Origin: Felis catus
Taxonomy: Eukaryota
Reading direction: 5' to 3'
Length of the DNA: 64,000 nt
Assembly (NCBI RefSeq): GCF_018350175.1
Contig: NC_058368.1
Span: forward strand, 191,086,001-191,150,000
Positions 1 to 12,887 of the stretch are shown one piece after another. The stretch's first letter is position 1. Every line of letters begins with the position of its first letter. A program made the translations under genes and the position numbers. The notes beneath the pieces are model-generated. The model was not told where the DNA came from. It saw only the letters and a list, made by a program, of their open reading frames with translations, and ran no database searches.

Positions 1-553
1 GGGAAGGGGATGGGGAAGGGGAAGGGGAAGGGGAAGGGGAAGGGGAAGGGGAAGGGAAAGGGAAAGGGAAAGAAAAAGGGAAAGAGAAGGGGAAGGGGAT
101 GGGGATGGGAAAGGGGATGGGGATGTGGAAGGGGAAGGGAAAGGGAAAGGGAAAGGAAAAGGGAAATGGGAAGGGGAAGGGGATGGGGAAGGGGATAGGG
201 ATGGGGAAGGGGATGGAGAAAGGGAAGGAAGGGAAAGGGAAAGGGGAAGGGGAAGGGGATGGGGATGGGGAAGGGGAAGGGGAAGGGAAAGGGAAAGGGA
301 AAGAAAAAGGGAAAGAGAAGGGGAAGGGGATGGGGATGGGAAAGGGGATGGGGATGTGGAAGGGGAAGGGAAAGGGAAAGGGAAAGGGAAAGGAAAAGGG
401 AAATGGGAAGGGGAAGGGGATGGGGAAGGGGAAGGGGATGGGGAAGGGGATAGGGATGGGGATGGGAAGTGGATGGGGAAGGGGAAGGGGAACGGGATGG
501 GGAAGGGGATGGAGAAAGGGAAGGAAGGGGAAGGGGAAGGGGAAGGGGAAGGA
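1..553 (+). repeat. Polypurine hexamer-based tandem array (GGGGAA/GGGGAT/GGGAAA), truncated by window start
   Basis: Nearly all G/A with scattered T and a single C (pos ~493). Variant blocks (AGAAAAAGG at 71 and 302; GGATGTGGAA at 121 and 352) recur with ~231-237 bp period. Confidence 0.95.
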
Positions 554-2169
554 AGATATGATATATGTTTGCTTTTTTAAGACATTAAGAGATCCTTTAA
601 TGATTTGCTTTCCTAATTTATACAGAAAGTTTATTAATGTAAAATGTGTTTATATTTTAATAACATTTTAACCTAAGTTTTCGACAGTAAGAGTAATTTG
701 GTAAACCACAAAATTAAGCTAAATTCAATAAACTGAAGCAAAAGAAATCATTAAACTCTCTCCAGAGCAATGCCTATTTCCAAGCTTTTGGTTAAGTGTC
801 TATAAAAAAGAGCCACAAGATATTTAGTTGTCTCTTTATTACCATTACTTCCCCATTGGCTTACTTGGTAATTTCAGATATACTTTATTTTCAGTCTGGA
901 TTCATTTTCTGTTGGAATTGACTCAAAGGGAAAAAAAAAAGCACATTTTAATTTTCCCTGATCACTAGCTCCCAACTTCCAGTTTTGTGTCAGACAGTTA
1001 ATAATCTGTAAACAAACCCTAAAACACACTTGAGTCTTCCTTAAAGAGATTTCTAGATTTTGTTACACAATCTTGCAGTTGGTGAATTTTATAGGCAAAA
1101 TGAACACTGGTTAAAACTCTTTTTCTTTTTTATTTATCTTATTTATCTTTTTTTTTTTTTTCCAGCAAGTGGAACTGGAGCAGTGAGAACCTTGTTTCAG
1201 GGTCCCATAGCTCATTAGTAGTACGGCAGGATCTGGACATGAATTGCCAGCCCAGGACATTCTGCTTCCTTGCCTCTGCAAATTATTTGGGGTTTTATGT
1301 ATTGGATTTTGACATCGTTAATTTTATCTGCGGTCCTTATGATGTTCACACACTTTCTGTATCGATCATAAAAAGAACTACCACGCCTCCTTTGTGTATA
1401 CATCAAATGTCATCGTATAAAGGTCTCTTACTGTCTTTGGGAAATACCAGTGGTGACAAAGGTAGTCTTCAATGTTTCTTTATAAATTATATCTGACTTC
1501 AGAATAAATTCCAAAAAAGAGGAAATTCAAATTGATACTGTTGATTTTCATGGCCATGTAAGAAATTCCAATGGGAGAATGAATCAAAATTTCAATGCTC
1601 ATTATAGTTATAAAATTCCACAAGAGCCTAGAGAGAGCCACATCACATAAAATGATTCTTAATGTTATCATTTTTAATGTGTAAAATCTACAGACATGCA
1701 ATTTGAAACCTGTATGGGCACTTGGTCAGGAAATGTTTCTTACCAAGTAGACAGCCATATTTGTCACACATACACTTTGTTACACACTTCCTTCCTAAAA
1801 ATAACCTTTATGAATCATTTTTCTATGACTGAAAGAGTAATAATGTACTTTTTAGAGAATAATAACCGTAGGAAGCAATTTTTATACTAATTCCTATGGA
1901 ACTTCATTACTGAGGCTGGGAGAAAGAAAATTACTTGTGTAAGAACATACAGGTGATAAACAGAACACCAGGACTTTAATGCAAGTCCTTTAATATCAAA
2001 TCCAGAGCTTTTTGCCTTATATCACCTGTCTTGGAACCTGTAGGCTCAGAACACAGGGAACATCAAAGGTTCTAGAAATTTGCTGATACCACTCTGAGGA
2101 TTATCACTGCACTGTAATATGGTATCCATTTCCTCATCCTACCTGACCCCCTCTGAGGCTGCTACCCTT

Positions 2170-3397
2170 CCTTCTTAATTGAAACACTCGCATCCCACTG
2201 CTTCTATGATATCTACTCTGCTGTTCACTTCCTACTTCTCTGCCCATCCTTCCTTCTTGCCACCACACGTGTCCCTTCCTCCACTCTACCATGAATGTTA
2301 GAGCTCCCAGAGGCTTAGTCCAAGCATCCTTTGTCCTGTCACTTCATAGGTCACCATTCACACCCAAAGCTGTGATTTCTACTTTTTTGCATGGGTGCAC
2401 CCAGGAGCTCTTATCTGCAGTCTGAACACATATACTCAAAGGAATCGTCAAATGTTCGATTCAATGTCTCACGGGTGCCTCAGAACTCATTAAGTCTCAA
2501 AAGTATTGATGTCTCCCTTCTCCAAACACAGTCTCCTTCCAGGCTTAAATAACTGGTAAGTGGCAACTTCATCCAATTAATTTCACAAGAAGCCTGGAAT
2601 CACCTTGAACGCTAGTTTCAAGCCACCAGCCCTACCACTCCATCATCCCAAGTCCTACCAAAAGTGGCTCCTTTCCTTCTCATTTGCTACCACCTTGTCT
2701 CCTCCATTTTTTCTCTCCTGCCCAAGGGCTCCCATTGCCTCTTAACTGGTCTCCCAAACAGATTCCAATTCATTCTTCACCCAGTGACCTGAGTCATCTT
2801 TTCACACTTTGGTGGCTTGCTGCTATCTTAGGATAAAGTCCTAAGTGTGTATTACTGTCCTACATAGCCCAGCATGAGCGAACTTCTATTTATCATGAGT
2901 TCCTCCTGTACTTTTCTCCTTTTGCTCTCTGCATTTCCCTGACCTAGGTTTTAATTTCTAGAGCTCATACTCCCTTTTGGCCAAAGGGCCTTAGCAGGTT
3001 CTGGTCCCTCTACCTGGAATACTCCAGTCCTCCCTAACCCACCCACATCCTCTCTTGCTCTAACACACACACATGCCTGCCCATGCACACACACTATGCT
3101 ACACTCTTCGTTGTACTTAACTCTTACCCTTTAGAACTGAGCTCAAAGGAAGCTTCTTCAGGGAACCCTTTTTAATGGGCCTACCCCACACCTGCCTCTG
3201 GCAGGTTCATTAGTTACAGACTCCCAGAAAACCATGTTCTGTTCCTTCGGGACACTTATTTCAGTTTATAGTTATGGCTTTATTAGTGTGGCTTTTTGTT
3301 TAATGCCACTTCCTTCATGAAGTAGGGTATGATCCCTGGGCCCTACTGAGGCACAAAGGCATTGTAGGTACTCAATAAATATGAATGAGTGAATCAA
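2170..3397 (+). mobile_element. Ancient LINE-2 3' relic (highly diverged)
   Basis: C/T-rich L2-like body ending in the typical L2 tail 'gtaggtactcaataaatatgaatgagtgaat' at ~3365-3395. Further L2-like pieces lie at ~3640-3830 and ~4450-4540. Confidence 0.7.
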
Positions 3398-3929
3398 CTT
3401 CTGCTTCAGAAAGGATTCAATGTGAGAACGAGGGACAAGGCACAACACTAAAAATGAAAAGGTTAATTGTTTCCAAACTTCTATTTTCAATTACTAATCT
3501 CCCTTTTGGGTATTTTTATCGCATGGGTAGGGCCATAACATACCAAGTTGTCTATGCTAGAAGCTTAACAATCATTCTGATTCCATTCTTTCCCTTGATC
3601 TGCTGTGTTTATCTCTAAAGGCCAGCAGGGGCCTTCCCCTTCTCTTCTCTCTAGCATCGCCGAAATCATTCAGTCTAAGGCACCCTATCTCCTACTGGAA
3701 TTACTGCAATTGCCTCTTAACTAGTCTTCGTGCTTTCCCCTGTTCTCCTAAAATTATTTCTCTACTCAGAGGTTAAAATGATTATTGAAAATGAATAAAT
3801 CAGATTGCTTCAATTCCCAGCTTAAAAACTCATAATATTACAGAAAAAAAAAAAAAAAAACCTCTTTCCAAAACCATTATCTTTTGTCATATCACTATTT
3901 TATTCCTCTCATCAAATGATACTGTCTGA

Positions 3930-4150
3930 GGGGCGCCTGGGTGGCGCAGTCGGTTGAGCGTCCGACTTCAGCCAGGTCACAATCTCGCGGTCCGTGAGTT
4001 CGAGCCCTGAGTCGGGCTCTGGGCTGATGGCTCAGAGCCTGGAGCCTGTTTCCGATTCTGTGTCTCCCTCTCTCTCTGCCCCTTCCACGTTCATGCTCTG
4101 TCTCTCTCTGTCCCAAAAATAAATAAACGTTGAAAAATAAATAAATAAAT
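3930..4150 (+). mobile_element. Young feliform CAN-SINE (tRNA-derived)
   Basis: Head GGGGCGCCTGGGTGGCGCAGTCGG, B-box GTTCGAGCCC, (CT)n, AATAAA/A-tail. Perfect 16-bp TSD AAATGATACTGTCTGA (3914-3929 / 4151-4166). Confidence 0.95.
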
Positions 4151-4203
4151 AAATGATACTGTCTGATGATTTTCTGTCTGGCTCCAACAAGAATGTAAAC
4201 CTC

Positions 4204-4447
4204 GGGGCACCTGGGTGGCTCAGTCAGTTGGGCGTCCGACTTCGGTTCAGGTCTGATCTCGCCATTCGTGAGTTCGGGCCCTGCATTGGGCTCTGTGTTA
4301 ACAGCTCGGAGCCTGGAGCCTGCTTCAGGTTTTGTGTCTCCCCCCTCTCTGCCCCTCTCCTGCTCGCCCTCTTCCTCTGCCCCTCTCCTGCTCGCACTCT
4401 CTCTCTCTCTCAAAAATAAATAAACACTAAAAACGTGTTAAAAAAAA
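4204..4447 (+). mobile_element. CAN-SINE
   Basis: Head GGGGCACCTGGGTGGCTCAGTC, CT-rich region with internal duplication of CTCTGCCCCTCTCCTGCTCGC, A-tail. Perfect 15-bp TSD AAGAATGTAAACCTC (4189-4203 / 4448-4462). Confidence 0.95.
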
Positions 4448-6769
4448 AAGAATGTAAACCTCATGAGGGCAAGCACCTGGTGTGTGCACCTATTCTCACA
4501 GGCACTTAGTAGGTGTTAAGAGCTATTGTTAATTCTTGAATGTGTGTTGACTGTGACCTATTTTGCCAAAATCCCCTTTCAGGACATTTTGCAAGAGTAT
4601 GCTTACTGAAAACAGTCAGGGGCTCCCTTTACTCTGAGTCTTACTGTGAGCTTTGAGAAGCCCAGGAAGTCAAGAAGCCGCCCAGAAATGACTTCTAATG
4701 ATTAGGACCCCAAAGAATGCTTATTATATCTTGAATAAAATCTACTGAGCAATTCATGACTTTCAGAATTCATATGAAAGAAGGATAACTTGATCCTCTA
4801 ATTTCTTGTCCTTTCCAGTCCTGACTTAGCGTGAGGACTAGAACATGTAGCTAACAGGGCAACAGGGTAATAATCTTCATTATCTCTTCCTCTTTTCAAA
4901 ATTGCTCATGAAATGCTTCAAATGAAAAGGGGCCCACTGGTGCCCCAGGACTGTGAGTCTAAGTGGTGCTTTTTTTTTGTTATTTATGCTAATTAAGTAG
5001 GTTGCAGACTGGTTACTTAGCAATATCCTTCATTGAGATGCTCAGTCCTCAAGCTTAATTATATGTTTTAGGCCTAAAGTGGTCATTGAGCAGGCAATAT
5101 CCAGGGACTGGATGCTATTCTCAGTGCTTCTGGGGTCTGGCATGTGGAAACTCCTGCAATGTGCAAAGCCATTTTTATGGAAAGATACACTGGATTATAT
5201 TATGGTATTTCACTACCTACTGGCTCAAATGAAGCACACAAAAAAAGACATCATCTTTTAAACAAAACTATGTTAAATACAGTTTCACATATTAAACGTA
5301 TTGGAATAGAGTGACACTATATCCTTTGCACGTGGGTTTGAGAAAGTTTTCTTAGCGTTAGCATACCCCTTGTTTGTATGAAGCAGTTAACACACCTCTC
5401 CTCAGTTGGTGTGAATAACAACTTCCTAAATCAATCTGCTCAGCATATGTGAAAGAACAACTCCATTAAAAATCAAATTTCTCATGGGCTTTAATGGAAC
5501 CCATCAATATTGTGTGTTAGTGGGGGAAAAAATCCATAATCCTATTTTTTGCCCAAACAGAAAACAAACTATTGATTTTTTTTCAACAGATTTTTACTCG
5601 TTTAGAGTTCTTTTCCCTCTCAGACATCAGTCTGCTGCCACTGTCTGTAAGGCAGAGATGAAAATGTGCTGATTTTATGCTAGCACAGCTGACTAGGGAG
5701 CGCTCCGTGGAAGCAGAGCAAACAAATGTAAACAACATAAAATATTTAGATCACAGAAACATTAAGAGCGATTTTGGTGATGGGCATGAATTATATTTAG
5801 TGGACAGATCATCTATGGAACAGCGAGAAGCTGATAATCCTCCAACATTTTTACAGACAATAGAGACAAACCGCAGTTCAGAATAAAAAGCTAGAAATCT
5901 GGCAGGTTGGAAAGGCAGCCACCATTGAAAATGTACTGGATATAAACATATTCTAATCTGAATCCTGTCACTGTGGTTGTGTGAGTGATGTGCATTTTTT
6001 CCCCAAGCTTCACTGATCAATATCCATTCTGTCCCACATTAATAAAGTCTTAAATGTTTAACTTAGAGGATATGTGTGGTAACTCTTTTTGAAAGCTGAT
6101 GGAGGACACACATTTGACTCACCACTGTATCCCCAGTAAGAGTAACAGACAGGTGCTAACATCATGGATGGGAGGGGTGAGAGGGGCATGACTACATTGG
6201 GAGGCTAGCTAATAAGAAAGTATGTCCATAAAAAAAAAAAAAAAAGACATCATGCACCCTTTCATACCCTTCTCTCTCGCATTTACTTCATGCTACTATA
6301 TTCCTCTAGTATATTTTCATCACTTTTAACAATTATTCTACATCACATTACTTTTAAAAACCTTGATGATGATCCATAAAGGGAAAGTCAGACATTTATT
6401 CTTTCTTGTTTGAATGACACTTTAGGGTAATCAAATAGTTGTTCAGAAAAAGTTATTCTTCAGAGAAAATCCCCAGCTAATAAAGGAATGAGAAGTGATA
6501 AAATTTGAACACCACCATTTTACATTTCCTTTTGAAATAATGAATCCAGGTAATAAGTATGGCTTATAAAACGAGAAGGTGAAAAATCTTGTGAGGAGTT
6601 TTAAAAAGGAGAAACCGAACTGATAAACAAACAAAACAAAACAAAACAAAAACAAAACTGATGATTAATTTTAGCAAAAAATAAAAAATAAAAAAAAGAC
6701 AACCAGACATTATGTATACTCTAATGTAGAGCAATAAGACATACATGAACCACTTTCAAGATAAGCCAA

Positions 6770-7565
6770 GAACTTGAACCTGAATCTGACAAAGTCTCTA
6801 GTCTAAAGGGCAGTTTACAAGAAATACGAGGGATAAATGAGTACATTAAATAATACTGCAGTTGAAACTCACCAAAAATCATCTAGCACATGAGAAATTC
6901 TAGAACACAATAAATAATCTTTAAAAAAAATAAAGAGGAAATGATTACCATGAAATGACATCTAATATATTAACCAAATGCAGTGTGTGGACCTTGATTA
7001 TTTTGAACAAGGCAACATAATGGTCATTTATGAGACAAACGGAGAAATCTTAATACTTTATTTGAAGATACTGAGAAATTATCAACCTTGTATTTAAAGT
7101 ATAGTAGTAGGGGGCATGACTTCCAGGTTAAGCATCCAACTTCAGACTTTGGGTCAGGTCATGATCTTGTGGTCTGTGAGTTCAAGCCCCACATCAGACT
7201 CGGTGCTAACAGCCCAGAGCCTGGAGCCTGCTTGGGATTCTGTGTCTTCCTCTCTCTCTGCCCCTCCCCCACTCACACATGCGCATTCTCTCTGTCTCTT
7301 AAAATTAAATATTAAAATAATCTAAAGAAAATATAGTAGTGGTATTGTGGTTATATCTGAAAAATATATGAGATGTTATTATATAAAGATGTACACCAGA
7401 ATGTTTACTCATGATGTCTGGAGTTGCTTTTAAATAATCTTTTTGGAGGAAGAGGGGGATTAGATGCAACAAGATTGTCCATGTGTTCATAATTGTTGAA
7501 ACTAGACAACGGGTACCTAGAGGTTGATTATACTACTTCTCATACTGTGATTGAAATTTTCCACC
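6770..7565 (+). mobile_element. Old L1 (L1MC/L1ME-type) 3' UTR relic, interrupted by a SINE
   Basis: Terminal motif 'gatgcaacaagattgtccatgtgttcataattgttgaaactagacaacgggtac...ttgaaattttcca' resembles old L1MC/ME 3' ends. Confidence 0.6.
7110..7325 (+). mobile_element. CAN-SINE (diverged head)
   Basis: GGTCAGGTCATGATCT...GTTCAAGCCCC...CCAGAGCCTGGAGCCTGC core. Degenerate TSD TATAGTAGT on both sides. Confidence 0.85.
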
Positions 7566-7567
7566 AA

Positions 7568-8250
7568 CAGTGGAAATGCAAACTGGTGCAGCCACTCTGG
7601 AAACAGTACAGAGGTTTCAAAAAGTTAAAAATAGAACTACCCTATGATCCAGCAATTGTACCACTAGGTATTTACCCCAAAGACACAAAAATACAGATTT
7701 GAAGGGGTACATGCACCCCAATGTTTATAGCGGCATCCAAATTATGGAAAGAGCCCAAATGTCCACTGACTAATGAATGGATAAAGAAAATGTGGTGTGT
7801 GTGTGTGTGTGTGTGTGTGTGTCTTATATATGCATATATGTGTGTGTGTGTGTAGGAATATTACTCAGCCATAAAAAAGAATGAAATCTTGCTACTGCAA
7901 TGACATAAATGGAGCTAGAGAGTATTAAGCTAAGTGAAATAAGTCAGTCAAAGACAAATACCATATGATTTCATTCATATGTGGAAGATAAAAAACAAAA
8001 CAAATGAACATATGGGAAAGAAAAAAATAGAGAGGGAGGAAAACCATAAGAGACTCTTAACTATAGAGAAAAAACTGAGGGTACTGGAGGGAAGGTAAGT
8101 GGAGGGGAGAATGCATTAAACAGGTGATGGGTATTAAGGAGGGCACTTGTGACGAGCACTGGGTGTTGTATGTAAGTGAAGAGTCACTAAATTACACACC
8201 TGAAACTAATATTACACTGTATAACTGGAATATAAATAAAAACTTGAAGA
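7568..8250 (+). mobile_element. Carnivore L1 3' fragment (ORF2 C-terminus + 3' UTR)
   Basis: Translation 'LVQPLWK...KKLKIELPYDPAI..LGIYPKD' is the L1 ORF2 C-terminus. Carnivore 3' UTR 'gatgggtattaaggagggcacttgtgacgagcactgggtg'. (GT)n expansion at ~7796-7852. Confidence 0.9.
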
Positions 8251-8289
8251 TACATACACATGCACACACACGCACACGCAAAAGCCAAA

Positions 8290-8501
8290 AAAACAAGACA
8301 CACAAACAAACAAAAAAAAAGAGACAGAGAGAGAGAGAGAGAGATACAGAGAGAGACATACAGAGAGAGAGAGAGAGAGAGAGAGAGTGCACAGAGGAGT
8401 GGCAGAGAGGGAGAGAGACAGAATCCCATGCAGGCTCGATGCTCAGCCAAGAGCCCCATACAGAGCTTGATCTCATGACCATGAACTGAGCCAGGTGCCC
8501 C
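8290..8501 (-). mobile_element. CAN-SINE with internal deletion near head, tail-to-tail with the L1 at 7568
   Basis: (GA)n tract, GAGAGACAGAATCCC and head complement CCAGGTGCCCC at ~8491-8501. Confidence 0.85.
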
Positions 8502-8569
8502 AAGCTCTTATTATCCGTAATATATTCACTCCTTTGATAATTTTCCTGAACGTAACAAATAGTCCATCA

Positions 8570-9190
8570 CTGCCATGACTTTCTCCCACACGTGGATGAC
8601 CTCCTGACACTGCACCTAGCTACTGGATTCCTGGTCCCTACCTCACCCTGCATGCAGCACTGTGCCACATGGAAGCCCTCCTCACATGATTCCCCATTCC
8701 ATGCCTCCCTCCCACAGAGACACACTCTTCATCTTGCTTGGGTTCCATCCCCGTGCCAGGCTGCCTTGGCACGGACACAGTCCTCAATCCGCTAGCGTTC
8801 TGACATCTCGCGGACCACCCTCACACACAGTCACCCACCCTCTTCACTCTCGCCACACAGAAGGCTCCCAGCGTGAACCTTCCTTACCTTGCCTAACACA
8901 CCAGGCCATTTCTTCATGGGAACAGCTTTCTCATTTTGCTTCTACTTTGACCTCGACATCCTTATCACCCCATGTATACACCTTCCTTTTGCCCCTTAGG
9001 CTCTGAGCTCCTGGGCAGAGTCACCCCTTCCCCTGGCCAATTACAGACTTCTTTCTCATCTTCTCAGGCTCCAACACCATGTGCTAGGCAGTCATTCTAT
9101 TCAACGCCCTCCACAGCTCGCTTGATTCTGACACCGTGCACTGGGCAATGCTCCTACACGAATGCCCTCCTCACTCTAGTTGGTTTCCCT
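8570..9190 (-). mobile_element. Probable ancient L1/HAL1-type 5'-region degenerate repeat array
   Basis: C-rich stretch with recurring CCTCCTCAC/CCCTCACAC/TCTGACA motifs (GTGAGGAGGG on minus). A similar stretch lies at ~11140-11310. Confidence 0.4.
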
Positions 9191-9214
9191 TTTACTTCAT
9201 CATGTTATTTTATC

Positions 9215-9988
9215 GCCATTATCAAGAAGACAAGAGATCAAAAAAAAAATGCTGAGAAGCCTTTAGAGAAAAGGGAACCCTGGTGCACTGTTGGTAGGGA
9301 TATAGAATGGTGCAGACACAATAAGAAACAGTATGGAGCATCCTCAAAACTTAAAAATAGAACTACTACATGATCAAAGAAGTACACTTCTGAGCATATA
9401 TCCAAAGAAAATGAAATCACTATCTTAAAGAGATATCTGCACCCTGCCATGTTCGTTACAGCATTATTCACAAAAGCCAAGACAGGGGAACAACTTAAAT
9501 GCCCACTGACAAATGAATTAATAAAAGAAATATGGTAAATACATACAGTGGAATATTAGTCATCCACAAAAAAGGAAATCCTGCCATTTGTGACAACACT
9601 GATTGACCCTGAAGACATCATCCCAAGTGAAATAAACCAGACAAAGTAGAATGGTGGCTTTCAAGGGCCGGGAGGTGATGGAAAATGAGAAGATAATGTT
9701 CAAAGAGCACAAACATTCAGCTATAAGAAAGATAAGTTATAGAGATCTGTGTACAGCATAGTTAATTATTAACAAAACTGTGTCCTATATGTGAAAGTTA
9801 AGAGAGTAAATCTTAAATGTTTCTACCACACACCATACACAAATGATAATTATGCGAGTGTAGTTAAGGTATTAAGTAACCTTGTTGTAGTAATCATTTC
9901 ACAGTATTTATCTATAGGAAGCAATTACATTGTGTACCTCAAATTTAACATATATTGTATGTCAGTACTATCTTCATAAAGTTGAAAA
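9215..9988 (+). mobile_element. L1MA-type (approx. L1MA9) 3' fragment
   Basis: ORF2 end 'agagaaaagggaaccctggtgcactgttggt', 'gaaatcctgccatttgtgacaac', and 3' end 'tatgtcagtactatcttcataaagttgaaaa'. Confidence 0.8.
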
Positions 9989-10549
9989 ATGTTTTATTTT
10001 AAGGTCATGGCAGATTTACATATACACGTATAAGAACTAATAGAGATCCCACATACCCTTTACTCAATTTTCCCTAAAAGTAACAGTTTACAAGAGTATA
10101 TTTCAAAATAGAAGACTTACATTAATAAAATGCACCAATATTATTCAGGTATCTCCTATTTTACAGGCATGTGCAGATATATGGAGCTCCATACAGCTTT
10201 ATCACATGTATCGAATCATGTGAATCATGTGAATACCACCCGAATCAGTACAGAACATCCTTCATGTTATACTTTCATAGTCCGATACAACCTCCTCCCA
10301 CTCCCACCCACCACCACGTCTGACTCCTGGCAACCACACACTTGACCTCCATGTCTATAGTTTTGTTACATAAAGTATATTGTGTAAACAGTATCCTAAA
10401 GCATGTGGCCATTTGAGATTTTTTTTTTACTTAGTCTAATTTCCTGGAGATATATCAAAGTTGGGTTTTTTTTTGTTTGTTTTTCAATTATTGAGTCGTA
10501 TTCCAAAAATATAGATGTACCACAGTTTATTTAACCATTCGCCTGCTTT

Positions 10550-10761
10550 AAAAAGAATTAACGTTTTATTTTTTGAGAGAGAGGGACATAGCATGGGTAG
10601 GGGAGGGGAAGACAGAGAGGGAGACACAGAATCTGAAGCAGGATCCAGTCTTCGAGCTAGCTGTCAGCACAGAGCCAAAGGTGGGGCTCAAACTCATGAA
10701 CTGCGAGATCATGACCTGAGCCAAAGTCAGATGCTTAACCTACTGAGCCATCCAGGCACCC
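10550..10761 (-). mobile_element. CAN-SINE
   Basis: GGAGACACAGAATCTGAAGCAGG...CATGACCTGAGCC...CTGAGCCATCCAGGCACCC. Confidence 0.9.
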
Positions 10762-10767
10762 ACGTGC

Positions 10768-10836
10768 TTTTTTGTTTGTTTGTTTGTTTGTTTGTTTGTT
10801 TGTTTGTTTGTTTTTAATGTGTAAGGGAGGGAGGGA

Positions 10837-10869
<33 letters not shown>

Positions 10870-11050
10870 GGAGGGAGGGAGGGAGGGAGGGAGGGAGAGA
10901 GGGGAAGAAGGAGAGCGAGAGACAATCTTAAGCAGTCTCCACGCTCAGCACTAAGCTCAATGTGGGGCTTGATCCCATGACCCTGGGATCATGACCTGAG
11001 ATGAAATCAAGAATCTGACGCTCAACCGACTGAGCTACTTAGGCACCCCA
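10768..11050 (-). mobile_element. CAN-SINE with (TTTG)n tail and expanded (GA/GGGA)n
   Basis: Head complement TTAGGCACCCC at ~11040-11050, GATCATGACCTGAG. The tail has become a (AAAC)n microsatellite. Confidence 0.9.
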
Positions 11051-12310
11051 ACCATTCAGCTGTTGAAGAACATCTAGGTTGCTTTCATTTGGGGCCATTA
11101 TGAATAAAGCTTCTATGAACATGTGTGTTCAGGCTTTTCGTGTCAACACCTTACTTGGCCCCTCACACCTTACACTGGCCTGCATCCCTTCACAGAAACC
11201 CTGGGAGTGGGTTGAGTACTCTCACTACAGGTCACCGTATGGAGACACAGCACATCCCTCCCAGCCCCAAGTAGCAGTGTCTTCTTTACTCTGCCCTACT
11301 TACTGGATTTAGGACAGAATAGCATGAGAGGTGAATACACAGGAGCTTAAGTGACCATAAGCATTATGCAAAGGCTACTTCGGAGAACATATTTCCAGCA
11401 CCTACTACTCTAGTGACTGGAGCCAGTTAAGCACTCAGTGGATGTCTGTGAACGAGGGAAGGCACATTTGAGAATGTGCTTCCTCAACAGACAAACTGGA
11501 AATTTCTTAATTTAATAATTGATGAATGTTAAATTCTTAGGGGTAAGAATAAATGATTCTGCAAAAGAGAGAAGAACGGAAGGAAGTGTTAGGAAAGTTT
11601 TTTAAAGAAGGAAACTTTGGAATGGACAGCAGTGTGGAGCTGACCTATGGTTTTTGTCCTAGCTACTCCCTCCCTCCGTCTATATCTCACAATCTATGCA
11701 TACCTGTTCCCTGTAAGCCCACAATGAGTCAGTCACCCTCCATGTTAATGTGGTAAGGAAACAAAAAATTGTTATTTACCACAGCTTCTTAACAAAGCTT
11801 TCTCTAAAACTGGAATTAAGTTTAATCACTGTAAATCAACTTTCTGAATGATTGATTTTCTGATCCATTAGCTAAATAATTAAGGACACTTTCCATCCCC
11901 CAAAAAAGTTTTGATCTTATGATGCATCTCCAATGGCCAGTTAGCTATGAACTCATCAGGGTCACTGAGAAGAATGTCTGTTTCTCAAATGTTTCAAATT
12001 TCCAAATTTCAGCTGATCTCAACCTCTCAATGGTCTGCTAAGTAATTGGTTCCATTTTCCCTTAAATACAATTGACTTTATATTTGTCAGCTTACGCTGC
12101 CTCTCACAGTGAAACAACTTTGGTGAAATATCATAAACCCATTTTAAGGTGACTCTTCTTCATTAGTTTTTACAGAATCAATCATTTAGTGAAATAACTA
12201 GAGCCAACAATTCTCATCTAAGAGCAAATTATTTCTTCTCCAACTTCACAAATACGAGTATCTACCAGCGACTCTAAACATATCCAGAGTGAAGAATCAA
12301 CAATTTGATG

Positions 12311-12316
<6 letters not shown>

Positions 12317-12361
<45 letters not shown>
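12317..12361. repeat. (TG)n microsatellite, ~22 units
   Basis: Perfect dinucleotide run. Confidence 0.95.
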
Positions 12362-12362
<1 letters not shown>

Positions 12363-12887
12363 AACTGGCCGCTGATTAATAGTTTGGTAAAATATAATGA
12401 ACATGAATTATAAGGAAAAGGAAAATTAAGAAATAAGACAAACGTCCATAAAACCTAAGTCTCAATACTTCACCATATAAAATGAACTAAAAAGCCCCCT
12501 GTCAAATTGGTCTGGAAGTTTCTAAGCACTTACTCTCAATTTCAGCCCTTATCTCATCCGGGATGAGTAACAATCACCGCAGCCTGGTGCCAGTCTGCAG
12601 ACCATACTCGGTGTGGCACTGGTCTATCTGACCCCATCTCACACCTAATTACATATTGGCTTTTTCTCATTCTCTAAGACTTCATGCATTTGCATGTATC
12701 TCTAGGTCAAAGACAATGTTTTCTATTTTGTTAGCATCTCCCAAAGCATCAGCCTGATAGAGCTTAATAAATTCTTATCGATCAACAGAAGACAGCTTAT
12801 TCTACTCTTTTGATTCCCTCCTCTGCTTTTCTCTCCTATTATATTCTCTTTGAATATAATTCATTTTAAATCCTTTTTGGAAGGAGG

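Larger units (their letters stand above)
9990..11140 (-). mobile_element. Old L1M 3' fragment (antisense), interrupted by two SINEs
   Basis: Antisense L1 motifs 'gtaccacagtttatttaaccattc' and 'gaacatctaggttgctttcatttggggccattatgaataaagcttctatgaacat'. Confidence 0.7.

Noticed and set aside
10..671. Long G/K/E/R-rich ORFs (up to 190 aa) in three frames
   Set aside because: Translation of a stop-poor purine hexamer repeat; no coding signal.
1163..1701. Acceptor-like poly-T-CCAG at ~1165 (+) and an AG/GT-bounded segment ~1432-1627 (-)
   Set aside because: Frames checked contain stops or give no recognisable protein; splice-like signals are common by chance.
3930..4010. tRNA-like A/B boxes in SINE heads
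   Set aside because: tRNA-derived SINE heads followed by CT tract and poly-A; not tRNA genes.
3895..4419. 172-aa and 88-aa ORFs
   Set aside because: Read-through of two adjacent CAN-SINEs. The same applies to all 'AQSLEPASDSVSPSL'-type ORFs in the track.
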